From an uncultured delta proteobacterium (GTDB lineage Bacteria > Desulfobacterota > RBG-13-43-22), in assembly GCA_963843145.1 (NCBI GenBank), contig CAWJJC010000022.1, forward strand, positions 438,006 through 502,005: a stretch of DNA of 64,000 bases. Direction: 5' to 3'. Below the pieces are notes generated by a model that ran no database searches, had not been told where the DNA came from, and saw only the letters and a list, made by a program, of their open reading frames with translations. Below are positions 58,306 through 64,000 of the stretch, one piece after another; positions within the stretch are counted from its first letter, which is position 1, and each line of letters begins with the position of its first letter. The translations under genes and the position numbers were made by a program.

Positions 58306-59571
58306 ATGTACATCTCCGCCTTAAGACCCTACGCCTTGAAACGACTGGAGGAAATCGAAAAAGCCGATATTCTGGTCGGGATTCCCTCCTTCAACAATGA
58401 AAAAACGATCGCCCATGTGGTCCAGATGGTCTCCCACGGTCTGAACAAATACTTCCGAGACCAAAAAAGCGTCATCATGATCGCCGACGGCGGATCGACG
58501 GATGATACCCGGGAGGTGGTGAAAGAATTTGAGTTAAAGCCCTGGCAGGAAAAATTGCTGATCATTTACCGGGGGCCCGGCGGTAAAGGCACGGCTTTTC
58601 GCTCTATTTTCGAGGCGGTGGAGAAGCTGAAGGTCAAGGCCTGCATGGTGGTGGACTCGGATATTCGCAGCATCACTTCGGAATGGGTGAGTTACCTGCT
58701 GAGTCCGGTGCTGGAACAAGGTTACCAGTACGTCACCCCCGTCTATTGTCGCCATAAATACGATGGGACCATCACCAACAATATTGTCTATAACCTGACC
58801 CGGGCGCTATACGGGAAGCGCATCCGGCAGCCGATCGGAGGGGACTTCGCTTTTTCCGCCGAGGTGGCGGCCCATTTTCTCGGCCAGCCGGTTTGGGATA
58901 CGGAGATCGCCCGCTTCGGCATCGACATCTGGATGACCGTAGAAGCCATTATCGGAAACTTTAAAATCACCCAGGCCAATCTGGGGGTCAAGATCCACGA
59001 CGCCAAAGATCCGGCCACGCACCTGGCCCCCATGTTCCGGCAGGTGGTTTGGACGTTCTTTCATCTGATGGAACAGTATGAATCCTATTGGCTGAAGGTG
59101 AAGGAAAGCCAGCCCCTGGAAGTCTTGGGCGCCTGTGCCATGGGCGAACCGGAGCCGATCAAGGTCGATCTGGAGGCATTAATTTATAAGTTTAAGGTGG
59201 GGTTTAAGCAATTCGGGGTTTTTTGGAAGGATATTCTGGATTCCGGAAGCTACAATACCTTGAAAAAGGCCTCCAAAATGGAAACGCAGAATTTTTCTCT
59301 GCCCATCGAGGCCTGGGTTAAAATTCTGTACGAACTGGCCGCCACCTTTCATTACTGGCCCATCAACCGCAACAAGCTGATCGACCTGATGACTCCGCTC
59401 TATCACGCCCGTGTCGCTTCTTTCGTCCGGGAGAGCTGGGACCTGGATTCGAATGCCGCCGAGGCCCTGGTGGAAAAGCAGGCCGAGGCCTTTGAGGCCA
59501 ATAAAAAATATCTGATCGAGGTCTGGCAGAAAAAAAGGAAGATCTTTCAACGCCTGAGCGAGAAACTCTGA
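58306..59571 (+). CDS. GT-A glycosyltransferase, glucosylglycerate synthase (Ggs)-like
   Basis: ADILVGIPSFNNE.TI, DGGSTD, GKG, DSD, RHKYDGTITN, RQPIGGDF, FGIDIWMT. Confidence 0.8.
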   Translation: MYISALRPYALKRLEEIEKADILVGIPSFNNEKTIAHVVQMVSHGLNKYFRDQKSVIMIADGGSTDDTREVVKEFELKPWQEKLLIIYRGPGGKGTAFRSIFEAVEKLKVKACMVVDSDIRSITSEWVSYLLSPVLEQGYQYVTPVYCRHKYDGTITNNIVYNLTRALYGKRIRQPIGGDFAFSAEVAAHFLGQPVWDTEIARFGIDIWMTVEAIIGNFKITQANLGVKIHDAKDPATHLAPMFRQVVWTFFHLMEQYESYWLKVKESQPLEVLGACAMGEPEPIKVDLEALIYKFKVGFKQFGVFWKDILDSGSYNTLKKASKMETQNFSLPIEAWVKILYELAATFHYWPINRNKLIDLMTPLYHARVASFVRESWDLDSNAAEALVEKQAEAFEANKKYLIEVWQKKRKIFQRLSEKL

Positions 59572-59572
59572 G

Positions 59573-60445
59573 TTGGCAAAGACCCCGACCATTCGAAATC
59601 GGAACATCAGGGCCGCAATCAAAAACACGGTAATTGTTTTCACCGACCTGGACGGGACCCTTTTAGATCACCGGACTTACGGGTTTGAACCGGCCCGCCC
59701 GGCTCTGGAGCTAATCAAGGGGAAAAAAATTCCCCTGATCCTTTGTTCCAGCAAGACCCGGGCGGAGATGGAAGGGTACCGGCAAAAGCTGGGGATCACC
59801 GGCCCGTTTATCGTAGAGAACGGGGCGGCTATTTTTATTCCCCCGGAGAGTTTGAAAATGGAAGGTGCCTTATTCCGGGAAGCCCACGACTTTCAAATCG
59901 TGGAGTTTGGTCTCCCCTACGGGCAACTCGTCCGGTCCCTGCAGGAAATCCGGGAAGAAACCGGTCTAAAGCTGATCGGTTTTTCCGACATGTCCGTAGA
60001 GGAGGTCGAACAGGCCACCGGGCTGGGTCGGGACCTGGCCGAACTGGCCAAGCAGCGGGATTATTCAGAGCCTTTTCTATTGGCCGATGAAGGCCTCCCC
60101 GGCCATTTATTGGAGCAGGCGGTGAGGCGACGCCGATTAAACCTGGTCCAAGGAGGAAGATTCTTCCATTTGATGGGCGACCATGACAAGGGGCGGGCGG
60201 TTCGCTATCTGACCACGCTCTATGGGAAAGAGACCCCGGACCTGATCACTATCGGGTTAGGGGACAGTCCCAATGATATTGCCTTGCTGGAAAATGTGGA
60301 TTTGCCGGTGCTGGTCAAAAAACCGTCCGGCGGGCATGAAGTTTGGCGCGGTGAAAAGGAGGTCTTTTATACCCAGGGCATGGGACCGGAAGGATGGAAC
60401 GAAGCCATACTAACCCTGTTGAATAAGGAGGAACGGCATGAGTGA
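59573..60445 (+). CDS. mannosyl/glucosyl-3-phosphoglycerate phosphatase (HAD IIB)
   Basis: FTDLDGTLLD, CSSKT.AE, ENG, GGRF.H, GLGDSPND, GPEGW. Confidence 0.9.
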   Translation: MAKTPTIRNRNIRAAIKNTVIVFTDLDGTLLDHRTYGFEPARPALELIKGKKIPLILCSSKTRAEMEGYRQKLGITGPFIVENGAAIFIPPESLKMEGALFREAHDFQIVEFGLPYGQLVRSLQEIREETGLKLIGFSDMSVEEVEQATGLGRDLAELAKQRDYSEPFLLADEGLPGHLLEQAVRRRRLNLVQGGRFFHLMGDHDKGRAVRYLTTLYGKETPDLITIGLGDSPNDIALLENVDLPVLVKKPSGGHEVWRGEKEVFYTQGMGPEGWNEAILTLLNKEERHE

Positions 60446-61643
60446 TTTTTTTCAAAACGGGATGATTACCACCCTGCATCGATTGAACCGGAACAACCGG
60501 ACGGAACTGGAACAGGAGATGATCTACCACAGCCAGCGGCGACCTATCGCCCTGGTGTTGCCGGCCCTTTATTCGGAACTGGAAACTCCGGCCCTGCCTA
60601 AGATTGTCGAGGCGCTGAAGGGGGTGCCCTACCTGACCCAAATCGTGATCACCATGGGTCGCACCGATGAAAAGCAATTCCGGCAGGCCAAAAAATTTTT
60701 TGAGGTCCTGCCCCAGGAAAAAGTAATCATTTGGAATGACGGACCGCGACTGGAGCGGATCTATCAAAGCATTGAAAATGAATTCGGACGTTTTGACAAG
60801 GGGAAGGGGCTTTCCGCCTGGATGGCCTACGGCTACGTTCTGGCCGCCAGAAAATGCCAGGTCATTGCCCTCCACGATTGCGATATATTAAGCTATGACA
60901 CCGAAATGCTGGCCCGCCTCTGCTACCCCATCGTCAACGCCCGGCTGAACTATGAGTTCTGCAAGGGGTTTTACAGCCGGGTGACCGACCGGCTGCACGG
61001 TCGGGTGACCCGCCTGTTTGTTACGCCCCTGATCCGGGGTCTGATCCAGATGCTGGGGCCTAACCCCTTTCTGGCCTATCTGGACAGCTTTCGTTATCCC
61101 CTGGCCGGGGAATTCGCCATGGTGACCGACTTGGCCTGGCGCAACCGCATCCCCAGCGATTGGGGGCTGGAGGTCGGGGTCCTGGCCGAGATTTACCGGA
61201 ACTGTACGCTGACCGGTATCTGCCAGGCCGACCTGGCCGACAATTATGAACACAAGCACCAGGATCTCTCGGCCGACGATGCCTCCAAGGGTTTGATGAA
61301 GATGACCGCCGACATCGCCAAAAGCCTTTTCCGGACACTGGCCGGGGAAGGGGTCGTCTTTTCCGAAGGCTTCTTCAAATCCCTAAGCACCACCTATGTA
61401 AAGCAGGCCCAGGATGCCATCAAGCGCTACCACGATGACTCGATGATCAATTCGTTGGTTTTTGACCGCCATGAAGAGGCCACGGCCATGGAAGCCTTTG
61501 CCCGGAGCATCCAACTGGCCGGGGACCAGACCCTGGAGGATCCCCTGAATATTCCACTGATCCCCAATTGGAGCCGGGTCCTATCCGCCCTGCCCGACCT
61601 GTTTGACCAGCTTTTGGAGGTGGTGGAAAAGGACAACGCCTGA
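60438..61643 (+). CDS. glucosyl-3-phosphoglycerate synthase-like glycosyltransferase
   Basis: MSDFFQNG.ITTLH, GKG...W, HDCDI, GRVTRL, YPLAGEF, DWGLEVG, YEHKHQ. Confidence 0.85.
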   Translation: MSDFFQNGMITTLHRLNRNNRTELEQEMIYHSQRRPIALVLPALYSELETPALPKIVEALKGVPYLTQIVITMGRTDEKQFRQAKKFFEVLPQEKVIIWNDGPRLERIYQSIENEFGRFDKGKGLSAWMAYGYVLAARKCQVIALHDCDILSYDTEMLARLCYPIVNARLNYEFCKGFYSRVTDRLHGRVTRLFVTPLIRGLIQMLGPNPFLAYLDSFRYPLAGEFAMVTDLAWRNRIPSDWGLEVGVLAEIYRNCTLTGICQADLADNYEHKHQDLSADDASKGLMKMTADIAKSLFRTLAGEGVVFSEGFFKSLSTTYVKQAQDAIKRYHDDSMINSLVFDRHEEATAMEAFARSIQLAGDQTLEDPLNIPLIPNWSRVLSALPDLFDQLLEVVEKDNA

Positions 61644-61822
61644 GCAGTAGGCATTGGCTGCAACTTTAGGAAAACCTTCTCGACCTGACCTTCTATTTGA
61701 CTTCGGAGAGGAAGCTTATTAACGGTCTCAAAATAATTTTGACCGGATTCCTTGTGTAAAGACAATTATAAGACTGTTAATAAATTGCCGGCGGGTTCAG
61801 CGTTTCTGGAAAACGGCGGCCT

Positions 61823-63038
61823 CTATCTTCCGGCACAGGCCGGATCGGCTTTTTCATAGTACATTTTGAACAGTTCCCGGGTGATGATCATTTTTTGCAC
61901 GTTGGAGGTCCCTTCCAGGTATTCCATGCCCCGGGCATCGGCGGCCAACTGGCTGATCAGGGCGTTGCGCAGATACCCCCTGCCGCCCATGATAATCTGG
62001 GCCCGGGCGGCTAGATCCATAACCATTTGGGTGGCGAAGAGCTTGGCCAGGGAAGAGCTCAACCGGTAATGGGGCGAGCCCAACTGCTCCAGGGCGTGGA
62101 AGCACAGTCCCCGGGCCGCGTTCATCTTGGAGTACATGTCGGCGATCTGGAAGCTGATATCCTGGCTGCTGGTGAGGGGGTGGTCGAACTGCCTCCGGCG
62201 CAGGGCGTAATAATAGATTTCGCGGAATATCCGGTAAGCCAGTCCGCAGCAGATGCCGGCGATGTGAATCCGCCCGCGGTCGATCACCTCGAGGGCCAAC
62301 AACAGGCCCTTCCCTTCCTCGCCGATCCTGTTGGCTGCGGGTACCCGCACATCCTGGAAGACGAGACGTCCCGTGGGCAGCGCCTTCAGACCGTCTTTTT
62401 CCGGCAAACCTTCGACAGAGAAGCCCTCGGTCCCGTTTTCAACGATCAGGAGGCTGAGGGAACGCGGACCCTTGGTCCCGCGGGTGTTGACCAGGATGGC
62501 GTAGATATCGGCCAGCCCGCTGTTGGAGATGAAAATCTTTTCCCCGGTCAACAGGTATTGTCCATCGATTCGCCTGGCCGAAAGTCCGATGGCGCTGGCG
62601 TCGGATCCCGCTTTTTCCTCGGTCATGGCAATGGCCCCAAATTGTCCGGCGGCCATCCGGGGAAGATACGCTTCTTTCTGACGTTGATTACCTTGACAGA
62701 CGATGTCGATAGCCCGCCCGTGGGATACCAGGATAATGCCGATGGCCGGAGAGGCATAGCCCAGGAGCTCCATGAGACAATAGATGTCCGACTCCGAGAT
62801 TTTTTGTCCTCCGAATTCCCGGGGAATGAACCGCTCAAAGATACGGGCCTCCTTGAGACCCAGGGTGATCTGATCCCATTCCTTCGGGGAAAACGGCCTT
62901 ATGGTTTTCAATCTTGTTCTCGAGGAACGGATAGCTGGGGATGATCCGTTCCTCCAGAAGGGCCAGAAAATCTTTTACTCCTTCTTTTTCTTTCCACCCC
63001 GGTTTGAAGGAATCGAGGATGCTCAAAAGGTTGTCCAT
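61823..63038 (-). CDS. acyl-CoA dehydrogenase, frameshift near 62888
   Basis: IPREFGG, AMTE..AGSD, GEKIFISN, R.QF, GGRGY, EGTSNVQ; N-terminus in ORF 62835..63038. Confidence 0.88.
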
Positions 63039-63673
63039 TATAAACCTCCGCTGGTGGTCGGGAGCCCCCGCTGGTCAGGAGGGGCGGTCCCCGCGATTTC
63101 CTGACCTCGATCTTTTAATTCCGCTTCGGCCAATTTTACCGCCGCCGGCGTAAAAAACCACCGGCTAACCCTGGCCGCGAGAAACCGGTATAATTCGTCC
63201 GCGCCCAGACCTTGCCTTTTTATTTCATTCCAGAAGCCGATGCCGGAGAAACGCCAGAGCTTATCCGCGTCCTTCAAGATCTTTTCCTCCAGGGAATCGG
63301 CCTGTTCTCCTGAGTCATGCCGCTCGATCAAGAGGGCGATCCGTTCGATCCACGGCGGCGAATAGTTCCGGGACTGGAGGATGCGGCGGGCAATGACCGC
63401 CCCTTCCCGTTCATGGATCCGGTTGAGCCGTTCGGCCTCCTCTCCCCCGGCGCGCACCCCGAAGGCGATTTTGATCTGCGCGGGTTCCAGTCTCGACCAG
63501 CCCACATCATGTAAAATAACGGCCGGTTCCACGATCCGCGCTTCACCCCCCTCTTCTCCCAACAGGCGCAAGGCGTAGCCATGAGAAACCTGGGCATGCG
63601 GGAGATCGCCCCTATTCTTTAAATAAGGTTCAGCCAGCCGGAAAAGCTCGCGGATGAATTCATCCCAATCCAT
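63038..63673 (-). CDS. HD domain protein
   Basis: HAQVS, ILHDVGW, HEREG, HD, KDADKLWRF. Confidence 0.85.
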   Translation of the reverse strand: MDWDEFIRELFRLAEPYLKNRGDLPHAQVSHGYALRLLGEEGGEARIVEPAVILHDVGWSRLEPAQIKIAFGVRAGGEEAERLNRIHEREGAVIARRILQSRNYSPPWIERIALLIERHDSGEQADSLEEKILKDADKLWRFSGIGFWNEIKRQGLGADELYRFLAARVSRWFFTPAAVKLAEAELKDRGQEIAGTAPPDQRGLPTTSGGL

Positions 63674-63794
63674 GCCTGGAAAAATACTATAGGGGGAAAA
63701 AGAAAACAAGGGAAAGGTCTGATCAAAAATAATAAAATTTTGGGTTCAAAAGTTAGACTTGTTTATCCCGTTGCTATTTCCTACAATAGGACCG

Positions 63795-64000
63795 ATGAAG
63801 CGTAAATTATTAATCATTGGCGGAGGCCCGGCCTTTCAGGATAAGGTCCGGCAACACTTTCAGGATCGCTATGAGATAAAGACTTCCTCCTCCGGGAAAG
63901 AAGCCCTGCCCCCGCTCATGACCTGCAAACCCGCCATGGTCCTTTTAGGCGCCCCGCTGCCGGACACGAATAGCCTGGAAATACTTCAGCGGATTCAACA
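63795..64000 (+). CDS. receiver-like domain protein, truncated by the window end
   Basis: KLLIIGGG...SSGKEAL.....KP.MVLLGAPLPD..SLEILQRI: receiver pattern lacking the acidic residues. Confidence 0.6.
   Translation, partial: MKRKLLIIGGGPAFQDKVRQHFQDRYEIKTSSSGKEALPPLMTCKPAMVLLGAPLPDTNSLEILQRIQ

Overview
A GC-rich bacterial chromosomal window. Gene content suggests an anaerobic Desulfobacterota/deltaproteobacterium; this is an inference. It holds about 55 genes: coaE, fbaA, glgX, nadE, glpK, xsc, several acyl-CoA ligases, two-component proteins, a glucosylglycerate cluster, and five toxin-antitoxin modules plus one remnant. About ten genes carry 1-bp frameshifts, several in homopolymers, so the assembly is probably an imperfectly polished long-read sequence. 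Highlights: (1) an unannotated 40-codon ORF (18229-18351, minus strand) ending C-H-K-UGA-K-G-UGA, with a SECIS-like hairpin, upstream of a radical SAM/SPASM gene. It is a candidate double-selenocysteine RiPP system. (2) A small GIY-YIG nuclease gene sitting between the two halves of a CGTC-type REP doublet whose empty copies are scattered through the window. (3) An integrase-less attC cassette cluster (about 39.4-44.4 kb) carrying a two-gene CBASS (CD-NTase + NucC), a HEPN-like gene and TA modules; two of its attC-like sites are cut by GGGGTC-ended elements. (4) An ApbE flavinylation locus with a thioredoxin-CxxCH-FMN-motif fusion protein and a porin. (5) Several nested palindromic repeat families. 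No rRNA, tRNA or CRISPR array was seen.
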